A DNA stretch of 64,000 nucleotides. Source: Eledone cirrhosa. Its lineage: Eukaryota. Below, one piece after another: positions 13,500 to 27,634 of the stretch. The notes below the pieces were generated by a model that was not told where the DNA came from, searched no databases, and was given only the letters and a program-made list of their open reading frames with translations. The number at the start of each line of letters is the position of its first letter. The stretch's first letter is position 1. Where the stretch lies: contig OZ024740.1 in the NCBI GenBank assembly GCA_964016885.1, forward strand, positions 333,932,001-333,996,000. Direction: 5' to 3'. Made by a program: the position numbers and the translations under genes.

Positions 13500-14146
13500 C
13501 ATTGTAGTGCATTATTGATATAAATATCCAAGGATTTAGAGCACTCGGTCTGTATTAGGTATAATCAGCTACAAAAGTGACATGCAGATACTGAAATCTC
13601 GTTGGGTTATTAGGTCTGGCATATTGTGATGGAGTAACTCAGAGCAGATTCTTGATAGTATGAAAGAATATTATAAATGAGTACTAAAATCAGAATCCTA
13701 AATTGCAATTATTTTAATAAATAAATCATGCAACGGAGCTAGTTTTAACAAAAAATTGGGCAACATGTGTTCATAAAGGAACAAGAGTTAATTCGGAAAT
13801 TCGAAAATGCTAGTCTGGCTTCTTTTCGGGATCATTACCCAAGATTAATGAACATAGATAAGGCTTAGCTAATCAGCCCATTTCCACAGGTGAAAGAACT
13901 ATATATTTTAGCCTGTTTCATGTTCCAACAGAAAGTAAGGAGAAACATTGTCTTGATGAGTGCTAGAGTTTGAAATGCCTAGAAGTTTATCATCTGCTGC
14001 TTCTACTGGAATCAGCTCTTTCAATTCATAGCATTGCTTTTAAAATGTTCATTTACCAAACATCGTTAGATATAGCTATTTACCAAATATCGTTAGATAT
14101 AGCTATGTCGAAGTTAAATGTTAATATACATTATAGATAGATAGAG

Positions 14147-14190
<44 letters not shown>

Positions 14191-14299
14191 GGGGGGTAAC
14201 TACTGTAAGTAAAGTACTCAATACATAGCAGAGCATATACATTTAATATAGAAATGGCTTCTACATGACTACAATTGTTTCCTTCGGGACTAATCATAA

Positions 14300-14348
14300 G
14301 GCTTCCTGATGATTTCACAAATGAAACAGTTGCAGTCCTGTAGAAGCC
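14300..14348 (+). ncRNA. Compact type I hammerhead-like motif
   Basis: ggcttc CUGAUGA tttcacaaat GAAA cag-ttgcagtc-ctg UA gaagcc; 6-bp stem I, weak stem II. Confidence 0.6.
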
Positions 14349-14380
14349 ACTTCCACATTAAATGTATATATATATATATA

Positions 14381-14570
14381 TATAAAGAAAAAAAGATGAA
14401 ATCGAAAATGCAACTGGAGTCTTATTTTAAAAAATTTATATATATATATTTGGTTCCACAGACCCTCCATCTCAACTGCGAAACCGGTAAAGGAACCAAA
14501 TAAATATATATATATTTTTTTAAAAATAAGACTCCAGTTGCATTTTCGATTTCATCTTTTTTTCTTTATA
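14381..14570. repeat. Inverted repeat (~75-bp arms, ~34-nt loop) between (TA)n tracts
   Basis: tataaagaaaaaaagatgaaatcgaaaatgcaactggagtcttatttt...tggttcc / ggaacca...aaaataagactccagttgcattttcgatttcatctttttttctttata. Confidence 0.9.
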
Positions 14571-14639
14571 CTTTCACTCGTGTAGGACACCTCGGTTATT
14601 TTTCATTGTGTAAAAAAAAAAAAAAAAAAGAAACCTCAC

Positions 14640-14676
<37 letters not shown>

Positions 14677-14682
14677 CATATA

Positions 14683-15142
14683 CTCAGGGGTGTAATGGGA
14701 AGTCACTGTAGGTTCACCTCAATGTTTAGGTTCACGTCAGTGGCGGCGAGGTGTAGAGCTAGCCAGTGTGTAATATAATAATACAAGGATGATTTGTTAA
14801 GCTTTCATTACGTTTATTGAGTGGTGATGCACGTCTCGTTTTTAATCAGATCAAAGTTCGATCTGTATCGATCTGGCCCGACTCTATCAAAAGCATATAT
14901 TCATTCTGTCATTACTACAGCAGAGATCCGACGAGCTTTCGATTCCAGAGTCGGGCCAGATCGATAGAGATCGTCCGTTGAGCTGATCAATAGTGGAACG
15001 CACGTCACCAATCAATAAAGTGATGAAGACTTAACAAATCATCCTATTACATACTGTCTAGGTCTATACATTGCCACTGATTTGAACCTAAATCGAGAGC
15101 TCACGTGGGTGAACCTACAGTAACTTCAGGTTACCCTCCCTG

Positions 15143-15144
<2 letters not shown>
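14683..15144. mobile_element. MITE-like foldback element with TA flanks (Tc1/mariner-type target)
   Basis: Imperfect TIRs (ctcaggggtgtaat..gaagtcactgtaggttcacc / ggtgaacctacagtaacttc..ttaccctccctggg) plus internal inverted blocks (aggatgatttgttaag/cttaacaaatcatcct; atcgatctggcccgactct/agagtcgggccagatcgat). Confidence 0.8.
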
Positions 15145-15193
<49 letters not shown>

Positions 15194-15194
15194 T

Positions 15195-15308
15195 TATTTA
15201 TTAAAATAACAGATTAAAGTTTAAGCAAAGAATCGCTGCTTTCACCCTATATTAAGGGTGAAAGCAGCGATTCTTTGCTTAAACTTTAATCGGTTATTTT
15301 AATAAATA
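15195..15308. repeat. ~114-bp palindrome next to (TA)n; arm and tail recur at ~29320-29500 and ~57700-57760
   Basis: tatttattaaaataacagattaaagtttaagcaaagaatcgctgctttcaccct / agggtgaaagcagcgattctttgcttaaactttaatcggttattttaataaata. Confidence 0.9.
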
Positions 15309-15391
15309 TTTGCTCTACGGTTCTTATATATTTGATATATATTTTCCTTATCGAGCCCTCTTTGGATTTTAGTCTTCAATTTTATTATTAT

Positions 15392-15395
<4 letters not shown>

Positions 15396-15482
<87 letters not shown>

Positions 15483-15562
15483 CATATATATGTATATATA
15501 TATATATATGTATATATATATGTATATATGTATATATATATATATATGTATATATATATGTA

Positions 15563-15608
<46 letters not shown>

Positions 15609-15622
15609 TATATATATATATA
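15396..15622. repeat. Long (TA)n/(TATG) microsatellite, representative of dozens in the window
   Basis: Direct reading. Other long tracts include (CA)n 22136-22238, (TC)n(TA)n 22719-22841, (TAA)n 33282-33405 and (TA)n 54843-55141. Confidence 0.95.
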
Positions 15623-15704
15623 TTTGCTCTAGGGTTTTTATATATTTGATATATATTTAGCCCTCTTTGGATTTTACTCTTCACACTTATCATTATTACT
15701 ATTC

Positions 15705-15893
15705 GATTGGCAGTATCGGTAGAGGGTCGAACGCCATGCTTTGCAGCAAATAGTTACGGCCCTTTATGGTCTGAGTTCAAAAACCGCCGAGGTTAACTTT
15801 GCCTTTCATCCTTACGGGGTCGATAAAATAAAGTACCAGTAATACACTGGATTAATTGCTGGCCTTGTGCCAAAAGTAGAAACAATTATTATT
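15705..15893 (+). mobile_element. tRNA-type SINE, ~190 bp
   Basis: Pol III A box (tggcagtatcgg), B-box-like gagttcaaa, central ctttcatccttacggggtcgataaaataaagtaccagt, tail gccttgtgccaaaagtagaaacaattattatt. Confidence 0.85.
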
Positions 15894-17654
15894 ATATATA
15901 TATGTATATATTTAAATATATATACCACGGGTGGCAAAATCGGAGGAATATATGTATTGCCAACGCATGGTCGCCGTATAATGATTAAAATCAGTAATAA
16001 TATAGACTAAAATATTTCCAAGGGAAGAGAAATCAGTGTCAAAACAAATTATAGCTTTGCTATATGCAAAGCATTATGTTAGTAAAATAAAACTTATTAT
16101 GGCTACGTTAAAACTCATTTTTCATTTTCGATTGAAATTCACACCAATCTTATCGTGATAAAACCGAATAGAACATGAAACTAAACATTTGCCGCAAAAT
16201 GATTGCATGTAAATTATATTGCTGCTTGATATAAAACATAATAGCATATAATATAACAACTTTAGATTTAACTCAATAATCATATCTGTATGTCAGTATG
16301 GTGGAGGATACAGAATTTAAAGGCATAAATGTCCGACAAAAGAAGCGCATCTTCTCGTTTGCATTTCGTGCTAGAAACAGCAACCATATATTTCCTAAAT
16401 CTTAAACATATCGGTTAATTTAGATTCTAAAGTACGACATCAATACGGCAACAATGATTTTACCCATGTGTCTACAAATCTGAGTTTATCAATGATTAGT
16501 CAACAAAAAATATGTTTCAAAAATATTAATATTAGACCATGGAATATTATAAGCTTTATAATGTAGACTTGAAGAATTTGGTAGAACATCGTATATATTG
16601 TCATTGTAGTATTTTCTCTGGCTGTTCTCATTCTGGATTACAAACACTTCAATATCCTTTTTGCCTCTCATCTTTCCGGGATGATCGATAAAATAAAGTA
16701 CCAGTCATCTATTTGCGTTGATTTAATCGATTGTTCTTTTCCCCAACATTTGTTCGTTTCCTCTCTGAATTATATATCAGTATTTTAAGCTTTTGATATA
16801 AACTCAGCTAAGGAAACCTCCTGAAATGTTATACTCATTTCTTCTATCTGAATATGAAACGATTATAAAATATTGCTGATAAACGAACTATTTTACGCTT
16901 GACTGTGAATAGTATAATCGATAGTGCCAGACAAAATGTTTTGTAATATGTAGACACGGTTATTTACGTTGTTAGCTAAAATCCTGTTTCGATTAAATTG
17001 ACTATCTCTTCAAGTAATGCGTAGGCCTATGCCAGCTATATATATTGTGTATACCCATTTATATATATACTATTTCCGAAATAAGTATATATTTAAGTAT
17101 CGTACCAAATATATTAACTCATAACATTATAACCAACCCATCCACAAGTATTTGGTATTGCTTTTTCGATATTTATGCGCAATTGTTTCTTTGTATTTGA
17201 AGATGATATTAACATTCTATTTTATAATTTCTCTATTCATCAATACATTCACACTAAGATAACTATTTAGGTAATATAGTACTTGTCTTTACATACTATT
17301 ATTATTAGATTATCGAAACATAATTATTTCAAGAATCCTATTGCTAATTGTTTTCTCAGCAGTTGTGCAAACTCACCTCTCGTAAGTAACCTTCAAATCC
17401 CCCGTCGTTAATTGTATGGGGTTCATTCTGGAATTGGTTACGACATGGCGATATTATATTTTAATAAATCTTTCTTTGATAAACATATGTATACACACCC
17501 ATGCTTATGTATCTGTTGTCATATTAAAGAATCAATATTCTCATATTATCAGATATGTATTCAGACAAGGACTGTATTTTATAATTTTGGATTTAATGTT
17601 CATCTCAACAGCAACGAAAGAACTTCAATTGCAATAATGTATGTATTTCTAATT

Positions 17655-17838
17655 AATTGTTTCTACTTTTGGCACAAGGCCAGCAATTACTCCAGTGCAT
17701 TACTGGTACTTTATTTTATCGACCCTGTAAGGATGAAAGGCAAAGTTAACCCTGGCAGGATTTGAACTAAGAATAGAAACGGCCGTAACTCTGTGTCAAA
17801 GCATGGCATCCAACTCTCTACCGATACTGCCAATCCAC
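17655..17838 (-). mobile_element. tRNA-type SINE copy
   Basis: Reverse complement of the SINE consensus; followed by a plus-strand 3' fragment at 17843-17890. Confidence 0.85.
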
Positions 17839-17926
17839 AGCCATTGCACTGGGTAATTGCTGGCCTTGTGCCTAAAGTAGAAACAATTATATATTATGTA
17901 TGTATTATGTATGTATTTCTAATTAA

Positions 17927-18111
17927 ATGTTTCTACTTTAGGCACAAGGCCAGCAATTACCCAGTGCATTACTGGTACTTTATTTTATCGACCCCGTAAG
18001 GATGAAAGGCAAAGTCAACCTCGGCGGGATTTGAACTCAGATCATAAAGGGACGTAACTACGCTGGAAAGCATGGCGTCCGACCCTCTACCGATACTGCC
18101 AATCCACCGCC
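17927..18111 (-). mobile_element. tRNA-type SINE, full-length copy
   Basis: Minus strand starts GGCGGTGGATTGGCAGTATCGGTAGAGGGTCGG, B box GAGTTCAAATCC, and ends ccttgtgcctaaagtagaaacattt. A decayed plus-strand relative lies at ~18195-18325. Confidence 0.9.
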
Positions 18112-20102
18112 CATGTATTTCTAATTAATGCTAGTCATTTATGTATGTATTTCTAATTAATGGTAGACATTTATATTATATAGACGACGATTTTACAGAA
18201 GCGTTAAAATGTTAGATAGAATGGTTTACGGTATTCCCTCCAGCTCTCGACATATTGAGATAAAAGCCCACCGAGGCCAACTTTGACTTTCATCAATTCG
18301 CTGTCTATAAAAAATGTACCAGCTTGTACATCGCTAGGCGTAACATTTCGATGAAACGCTGTATGCTACTACAGCGCAGCTACGACTCCATCGGATCCAT
18401 ATTATACTATACCATGGATAGTTATGGATCTATACTATACTATACCATTGCATTTGATATAAACGGTTTATCATGTGGCATATTTTCAAAAACCATATTT
18501 AAAAAAGATTACTTACTTACGCATATAGATTCTTCTTATGATGGCGTTAATTAGTATCTGGATAAACATTTGATTTGATCTTTAAATGATTGGATCTATG
18601 ATAATCTAAGAAATTACTTCTTGTGTGTATGGCCAGTAAATTAAGAAAGATTTTTCTAAATCATCTGTACCATATATTTTCTTATATATATGTCCTCAAT
18701 ACATAGGTACATGTGTTTTGGTATATTCTTCGTTCAATATTATCATTAATAATACTATAAGAGCGCTGGCTGTTAATCTTGAGTGAATATGAAAGTATTT
18801 ATCCTGCTTATACTACTGTCTCACTTCATTTTCCAGTATATCACCGCCGTGGTTTGATATGGTATTATGTTTGTTGCAAATGGGAGAAAATAACAGACGT
18901 TTCAATACTTTGTTTTCATTAATTCACAGGGCATGATACATTGTACCATTATTAGTAAACAATATCACAAGCAATATCTATCTGAATTGCAATTACGTTG
19001 GCGCATAGATTTGCAGAATGAATAGGATTGTAGAACAAACACCTCATATTCTGTTACTCATGTACTGACCTCAAATTCTTTTTTCTGATTTGTCTTCAAA
19101 CTCTGTGAATTAAAATGTAAATCATGTAATGAAATTCACTACGAAGAAGCAAAACATTTTCGGTCAAGAGCCTATTCGAAAAATCAATAAAACAATCACA
19201 TCGGGGATTTCTCGGCTTAACCGCTTCTGATTAAGAACTATATACAGAGATTCATATTGTGCAAATGGAGGTAGCATTGATTATGTTAATATACGAAGAG
19301 GATTCGAATGAGTTGTATTTAGAAATTTACTGCTGCAGTGTAAATATTCAATATATATATATTACATTTATTTAATTATTGCACAAAACACGGGGTTACC
19401 ATATACCTCATTCATAATATGAACCTAACTTGATAGCTAATTTCTGCTCAGAAACATTTAGTCATAAACTGTCTATTCTATATTATTGAATTTTCACAAA
19501 ATGAAAGATATACCGACAAACCTACATTATTTAATTATGACAAGATTTAATAGTCAGTATGAATGATAACACAAATGTCAAATTTTATAATCTGGATTTC
19601 TGTTCTAATAACTAAGCAGTATCAGCATGAAATTTCATTTTGTCGCTAACAACATTTCAGATTGATATGTCATATTCAATTTTAATACTAAGGTTTACAA
19701 ACGAAAATATTGAGACCGTTCAATTATCTGCTTCTCAACAAAGCAGTTTGGATAAATGCCAGATTTAAAGATTAGTCAGCTGCCCGTTTCTATGATAACC
19801 GATCGGAATGTATCATTGATATACTAACTTTGAAATGATAAAATTGATAAGGCTGTATTTATTTCATATATCATTTCGTAGATAAATTAATAAAAGAAAT
19901 ATTTATATTTTCAAATTCCTATACATTAAAATACGGTATTACATGCATTCACTTAGATATATACACAGATATAGAAATATATACCCACATATATACACAT
20001 TCTTACACATAAAAACACAATGTGTCTTTGTGTCTGCTACTAGTTTATTGCATCACATTTATGTATATCTATACACTCACACAGAGAAAAACGCGTGCAC
20101 AA

Positions 20103-20164
<62 letters not shown>

Positions 20165-22131
20165 GTGTGTATGTATGTATGTATGTATGTATGTATGTAT
20201 GTATATATTTGTGTGCGGGTTTATGTGTGCGTGCGTAATTTATTCAGGTATGTGTCTACTGAGAGTGTATTCTGCCAGATATAAATAAACACATTAAACT
20301 CGTAAAGGCTAAGCATTTAATAAGTAAAACAAAATGCAGTTAATCTATTTTTTATGTCTACGACTTGACCTTCTTTTACCGTAATTGATTTCCCAATCCA
20401 AATATCTGCTTATTCTTAGTGTTCTCCTAACTCTACTAGGTAAGAACATAGAGTGCATATAAAATTTACCCAAATCTATGAAACTGAATTTCGTCACAAG
20501 TAGAAGAACTGGTCCAAAATGTAGCAACAGCGTTATAATTGATAAAGCTACATTGCGATCTATTGGTTGCTTAAATCTGACGCAAGAATGTACCTAATCG
20601 TATGGCTGAAATAAAGTATATTATATTGTATACTTGTAGACCGCAGTAAAAATTTCCACGTAATGGCGCTGACTGAAAAAAAATTAAAATAGGAGAGATT
20701 TATTGACATATTTCGTCATATTACGTTTCACCGAGTTGATAAACGATTAATGAAAGTTCACCCAGTAGACGTATAATATTCCAGTCGAGTAAGTACATAA
20801 TTAGGAATTAGAGTAAAATTCTTCCGTCACCAGTTTCAACATCCTGATCTGACTCTGTGAGTGATTTTAGCTAATAAAAGTGTATGCAAGTTGTTGTCTA
20901 TCCTGGTACATGCTTGAGATTATTCCCTTCCTCAAATCAGCCTGGTAAACTTTGAAAGGCTTACGTGTTCTGTCCTACTTTCCCTGTCCGAAAAATGAAA
21001 TAATAGAAATATCAGAAAACAGATGTGATGTATTTATTGGCCAAATTTCTATGGAATCAAATGACTTTTAGAATGACATTCAAACAAACTATGTTCCCGT
21101 TATTGACGTGCAAAAAGTACCTACGTAGAAGTGAACAAAATATATATAATGAACTTTTTCAAAGATATCATTTTCTATTCATTTAATACCGGATTGTAAC
21201 AAGCGAACGGAATTTTATATGCTTGAAAGAAAGATATATTGTGAGATCCAGAAGATATACTAATATTAAATTAGATAATGTTTCTTAAATGAATGATGAT
21301 ATTATTCTTACGAATCACTGATTTGTTTAGAGAAATAATAATTATAACGTAACACTATTGAATTGCTCCTATACGTTCGCATTTTGCGTTTTATGTTTCC
21401 TTACAATTTGATCCGTCGTGACACATTGAATTGGTAGCATGATGAAATGTATTTCTTTGATACTGCTTCGCCGGCATTTTCAATCATAATAAATTTGGTT
21501 TTGGTATTTGGGAGGTGAAATATTCTTTGCGTCATAACTTATAGGTTTAGATTTTAGTTAGAGTTATTACATTGTTGCCCTAACATCACTCTCTTGTAAA
21601 ACTGAGAATAAATCAACCCACATTTTTTTTTATTTATTGTTATTCTTCTCAATAAATATAATAAGAGAAATACAATTCATATGTGCAATTACTCCTATCT
21701 TAATAGATCGATGTGGATAATGTGAAGTTTGATCTCAGGTACGGTCGAAGAAAGTGGCAGTGGATAAACACAATTACCAGTTGAGGACAGGTGAAGTGAG
21801 GTTTAATCATTGAAGTAGAAGACAATACATTTTAATGTAGATTTGACTACGTTATATATGAGAGATCTATATGTAAGTTGGGTGGTGCTTATGTTACATA
21901 ACAATACGTACATGGTCTAAGTTATGTCATTTATCTGTTTACTCGTGTGAGTTAATTAACATGTAGACCGCACAGACAATATCACACCATAATTTAAAGC
22001 ATAAAACTGTCACACACTAAATTAATAGGTAGGTAAGTATGTGCGCATATTTGTATCCTGAGATACGATTAAATATGCATATCATATACGTTCTCTTTCT
22101 CTGTCTACTCGACAAACTCCTCCTATTTCTC

Positions 22132-22271
<140 letters not shown>

Positions 22272-22351
22272 AAGCAAAAAGACAGTTGTAATAGGTGGAC
22301 CAGAACGCACCAGTGTAGTCGATACTTAGGGTAGTAGAGTGGGTAATGGGA

Positions 22352-22460
22352 AAAGAGTCAGGACCTAGGCGTTTGAGCTCCGGCCATTTTGACAGCTAGA
22401 TCCGAACAGTTCGGATCTAGGTGGCGAAACTGCCGGAGCTTAGCCGTCGGGGTCCTGACT

Positions 22461-22464
<4 letters not shown>
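22352..22464. repeat. 113-bp GC-rich palindrome adjacent to (TA)n
   Basis: aaagagtcaggacc...gagctccggc...ctagatccgaac a gttcggatctag...gccggagctt...ggtcctgactcttt. Confidence 0.9.
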
Positions 22465-22520
<56 letters not shown>

Positions 22521-22718
22521 GCAGTGTGGTGAAGATCAACTGAATTTGGCAGCACACTGTAATCGTGGAAAAAATAAAACTTCTATATGGATATATTTTA
22601 GTGTCTGATGATATAGACATGTCTCAGTGAAAATCTTAAGTGGACATTGACATAAATAATTCTATAAAAAATAAAACCTTGAAATAATAAATCATTATTC
22701 CTATCTATATCCGCCGCA

Positions 22719-22844
<126 letters not shown>

Positions 22845-23821
22845 ATATATATACGCATATGTGTGTGTATGAGTGTGAGTGAGTGTACGTGTGCGTGTGT
22901 ATATTTAGATATATATATATGCACACACGCACACATACCCTCACTCACACTCATATATATATAACAAAAAACATTATCGCTCTACATGGATGAACATAAT
23001 AAATGAAATGTGAGCTTTTCGAATATTAATAATAATATTCGATTCCTTTGCAATCATGCCAACAGCCTCTTTTAAGCCGTGTCTGCAAATATGCAAATCA
23101 GGCAGATCAGTCTCTGTATATTTTCGAAAATATCATATATTTTCACTAGCTCTGACAGTTGTCAGTTGAACAGTGAATGCCAGCATCTCAGACAGGAATA
23201 CCAAGATAGATATTTTTAGAAACAATTACTTCCGCAGTCAACTCAAAGTTCATTCAAGCATTCAAACCAATCACACGTACAGCATGACCTTGCCGTAGTT
23301 GCGGGTGACTATCACCACAACAGATTGATGCCACACTTAAACCCTGTCACTCTCTCCCCCTCTTCGTTGTCTCCCTCTCTTTCGCATTCCTCTTCTTATC
23401 CCCCTCCCTCATATCTCCTTCTTCTCCTTCTTCCTCTCCTTCCCATTCTCCCCCACTTCTACCAGCCGAGGCCAGTAGTCAGACCCAACAATTTAAACTG
23501 CTACCCCCTTTGTTGATCAACACTAGCAGAGACCGAGAATGAGCTACGGACAGAAACATGAACTTTCCTCTCTAAATATGCATGTAAAAACTAATAATTT
23601 TTCTTCTCCATTTTATTATTATTCGTATAATTATACAATTTAAATTAACTTTACACTTCCGTTTGTTGAAAAATCATATTACACTGAATCCGGTACCACG
23701 ATTAAATGCGGAAATAAATGTTTCGATATAATACTGAAAAAATCCATCCAGCATTTCCTGCTGTATTTTTTTCCGTTTTACTATTTGTTTATATATATAT
23801 ATATATATATATATAAATTTG

Positions 23822-23921
23822 CGAGGATAACTTTGCCTTTCATCCTTACGGGGTCGATAAAATAAAGTACCAGTAATATACTGGGTACTTGCTGCCCTTG
23901 TGCCAAAAGTAGAAACAATTA
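23822..23921 (+). mobile_element. SINE 3' half
   Basis: aactttgcctttcatccttacggggtcgataaaataaagtaccagt...gtagaaacaattat. Confidence 0.85.
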
Positions 23922-26900
23922 TATATGTGCACATACACCATTTGCTTTGATACCCAGATATTCTGTTAAAAAGTTGTTGATAACTGTCTTTATGCACGAA
24001 CCGGACACCCGACTACCTCCTATAGCATCACATCTATAATAAGTATATATCACTCTACCTATACATTGAATTTTGATTCATTCTGCCACGTATAGAGACA
24101 AACAATGATGTACCCATATAACTAATCACTCAATCTCTTATACACGCACATATCGTCTAAATTGGCAATATAATCTGACATCTTACTGTACGGATGTCCA
24201 ATTAAACCTAGCTTTTTTGTTTGCGTTTTGTTTTATTTTATTTTATGATTGAAGTATTTTCATGAGAGTTATTGTTTTTGTATTACGCCGTACATTTCAC
24301 ATCCATATAGAGGTTTCCGTAACTCGTCAAATTTGTCACGTTGAAAAATATACATGCGGTATACTGAACGCTATCTATTGCTTCTTACTTAAATCAAAGT
24401 TTTAATCTTGAACTTTGCCGATACATGTTGTCAGGGACAAATTTCATTTTCAATATTATCGTGTGCTTTGCAGCGAATTATCGCCAGAACGAATTGTTTT
24501 ACCTATGAAACTCGTTGATAATTTTAACGTTCAAAATATGTTTACATGATATTGCACAATATTAGCATTAAGCTAAATCCTTTCACCACACCACAGCCAA
24601 AGAAATATGATTACAATCGAGGAGCAACTACGATGCATTCTGCGTCCATTATTACAACATGTCGTTTCTGGCCAAATACTATTGTGAAAACCCATGCAAA
24701 CCAAATATAGAAGTTGGGATATCAGTAGAGAAGTATAGTATCGACCGATGCGTCACTGACACCAGATCTTGCATTTTTCGTGATTAGAAAAAGCACGTGA
24801 TCAAATTGAAACAAATGTAGCCAAATAAAAATATTAATAATTAAAGAAAACGTATAAAAAGATTAATTTAATTGTTATAGAAGTTAAAGAGATGTAGAGA
24901 TTAGCCAATGAAATATTGCTGTTAGTGAAGCCATTTTCTGAAGAAATGTACTTTGACGGATGCAGAAGATAGTTTTCCGAAGCCAGTTTGGCATGTGTAT
25001 ACAAAAGACTGCCAATAAATACTCTGACAGAAATAATTGATAAATTGTCAAATTCAAAGCTTAGGAAAATGTCCTTGTTAATTATTGATGAATGTCTGGC
25101 TCTAAGTATTGTAGTAAATGTGTAGTTCATACATGTGATATCGAAGACGGTATGCATGTATTAGGAGAATTATAAATGTTATTGATGAAGGGAGTTTGAA
25201 CATGGGATGATCTATTTGTGGTTTTAATAGGGGCTCTGATTAGATTATCTGATATCAATTCTGTGTAAACAATTTATTTTTACCCCCCAGACTACCTTCT
25301 TATGATACTCTTCCCTGAGATTGTCATTCTATGTAAGAATCACATTATGGCTAGATTGACCGTCTTTGCACAGTAGTAAGGAATAAGTTAATTTTATCAC
25401 CCTGAAATTTTAGTTCATATCTCAAATACTACGCACCATAAAGTACCTCCCATTTTTAAAGAAACTTTGATTCATATAGAAAACTGACAGAATGTGTTAA
25501 GATTATGTATTAATAACAAGAGGAATCATGCTAGGTAGAATTATAAAATTATGAATAGTACTTCGGAATTTTGTGCTGATATATACATAACTTTAATACG
25601 TTTTTTATATACATAACATTAATACGTTTCTGGGACTAGCATAGCAAACAAGAATAAAGGCTGTTCTGCATATAAAGCATTACGTTATCTTGTCGCGATG
25701 GTTGTAGAGATTGAGGATTATTCTTATATAACCATTGATATTTAAAATTGAGAATTCGCTCTTGAGCGTTCTGAAATTATGTTTTAAATGCGATATTTTC
25801 AGTGTAATATAACCGATTAAACTAAGACGATAAATGTAGAGATGGGCGTTCATAATTTTCCAACATTTATATTATTAGTAAATCTTATTCCTGATATTAA
25901 TGAAAACTAATGTACACAGTCCACTCACAGCATCGTTGTTCACTCCGTTTTGTTTAAAAGAATTACCTGGCACGGAATAACAGCACATTCTAACATTATA
26001 CTGTGGAGATTAAGATCAATTATTATTATAATTGCTGTAAATTTTGCCTGACACTTAAGTCCCTAATATAATGTATTAAACTGATATTGTTTCTTACAGT
26101 ATGTTCATCCTTTCTCTGAATATGTTATTTTAATTATTTATCCGTTGATCTGTAATGTAATGAATTTGGACTTTGTATTAGTACTCATTAACTAATGGTT
26201 GGCATGTTATAAATTTAGGAATTGAGAAGATGGAGTAGATTTGCAATTACATTTCGATGTAATTTGTAAAGTTTATTCATAAATAGCTAGCCAGTTCGTG
26301 TTTTAAATACAATTGAATGACAGTGATATCAGTCTACCAATCGCTTTAAAATTGATGATTTGATACATAATAGTAGAGAAATGTGAAATAAAGTAATATT
26401 TGGATTAGTAGACAAAAATAATGAAATTACTACTTGGGAAAATACGAATTATTTAAAATAATTGTATTGCTTTCGATTCGGAATCAGACGAACGTGTAAA
26501 TTACTGAAATTATTGTAAAAATATTGATAGAGTGCATACCTAATAGTAACTAATTTGACATATTAAATTTCGGTGACGCTTACTATCTGAATACAATATT
26601 TACTCGAATTAGGTTGTATCACTTCTTTGCTTTAATGTATATCTCGGTGAATCACCTTTGATAAATGAACCATGTATTTCCTAGTCCGTTAAACACGAAT
26701 AAACGAAGAAAAATGATAAAGTCTAATGTATCATGAAGAATTAAAGACACAACAACATTTCAACGTCCATAGAACTCTAATAAATTGATTTAAGAGAATA
26801 TAAAATGAAAATATGCGCATTAAAATCAAACAATGAGACCAGCTGAAGAAGGGAAATTAATGATAGCAAAACCAATCAATATATATATTAACAAGAAACA

Positions 26901-27634
26901 AATACACAATTTGGGATACTACTAATAATAATAATAGTTATAGTTTCACATTATCCACCCCCAATATCCCGTAAATAAAAAACAAGAACGCGTTCTACAT
27001 AGATTAGATGTGCAAATACATATAAGTAGAATACCAATCAAAGCTTAAATGAGTATAGTATATTCATATTTGATTTAATAATTCCTCCATTACAATTGTA
27101 TCTGAGGAGCATATACAAATATTGCCTTCAGAAAACAGGAAGGCATAACTGTAGTGCGTGAGTACCTTCTCTTGAGACGAGCGAAAATTATGCAAGGATG
27201 ATTACGTCATTATATGGAGCGAAGGAACAAAACGCTTGTTATAAGAAAAACATATTCTTGCTCTGGAAAAATCAAGAGAGTAATATTTTTTAGAGTAGCC
27301 GAATAGTTTCCAGCTAACATATATGGAAAATGATATTAATAGTATTAAACTTATTAAACATAGAAATATAGAAAATACTGACGGTATTAATAAAAGTAAA
27401 ATAATAATAATAATGAGGACATTAATAGCAATGTTTTCGGATTTAGGCATAAGCAAGCATAAGCATGCGCTGACCGGTGAGGATTCATGCGTTAACGAGG
27501 ATATGGTGAAAATTACAGAGACACGGATAAATCTATACAGATGTACATATGCACACTCATGTACGTTTGCATGCGTGCGCACAAATGTATACATACACAT
27601 ATACACATAGTGTTGGGCTGCAATACAATATTGT

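Noticed and set aside
15332-15693. ORFs rich in YI/IY, HT, CV, poly-I/L/N (here and throughout)
   Set aside because: Translations of (TA)n, (CA)n and (TAA)n microsatellites; not genes.
17927-18111. tRNA gene
   Set aside because: A and B boxes are present but there is no cloverleaf; it is the head of a multi-copy SINE.
23704-23756. Minus-strand aaatgc..GAAAc..gcattt hammerhead-like layout
   Set aside because: No recognisable CUGANGA core; at best a dead remnant.
24600-25330. Possible very old RT remnant (also 9000-9700 and 28560-29160)
   Set aside because: Only vague motif resemblance; cannot be supported without a profile search.
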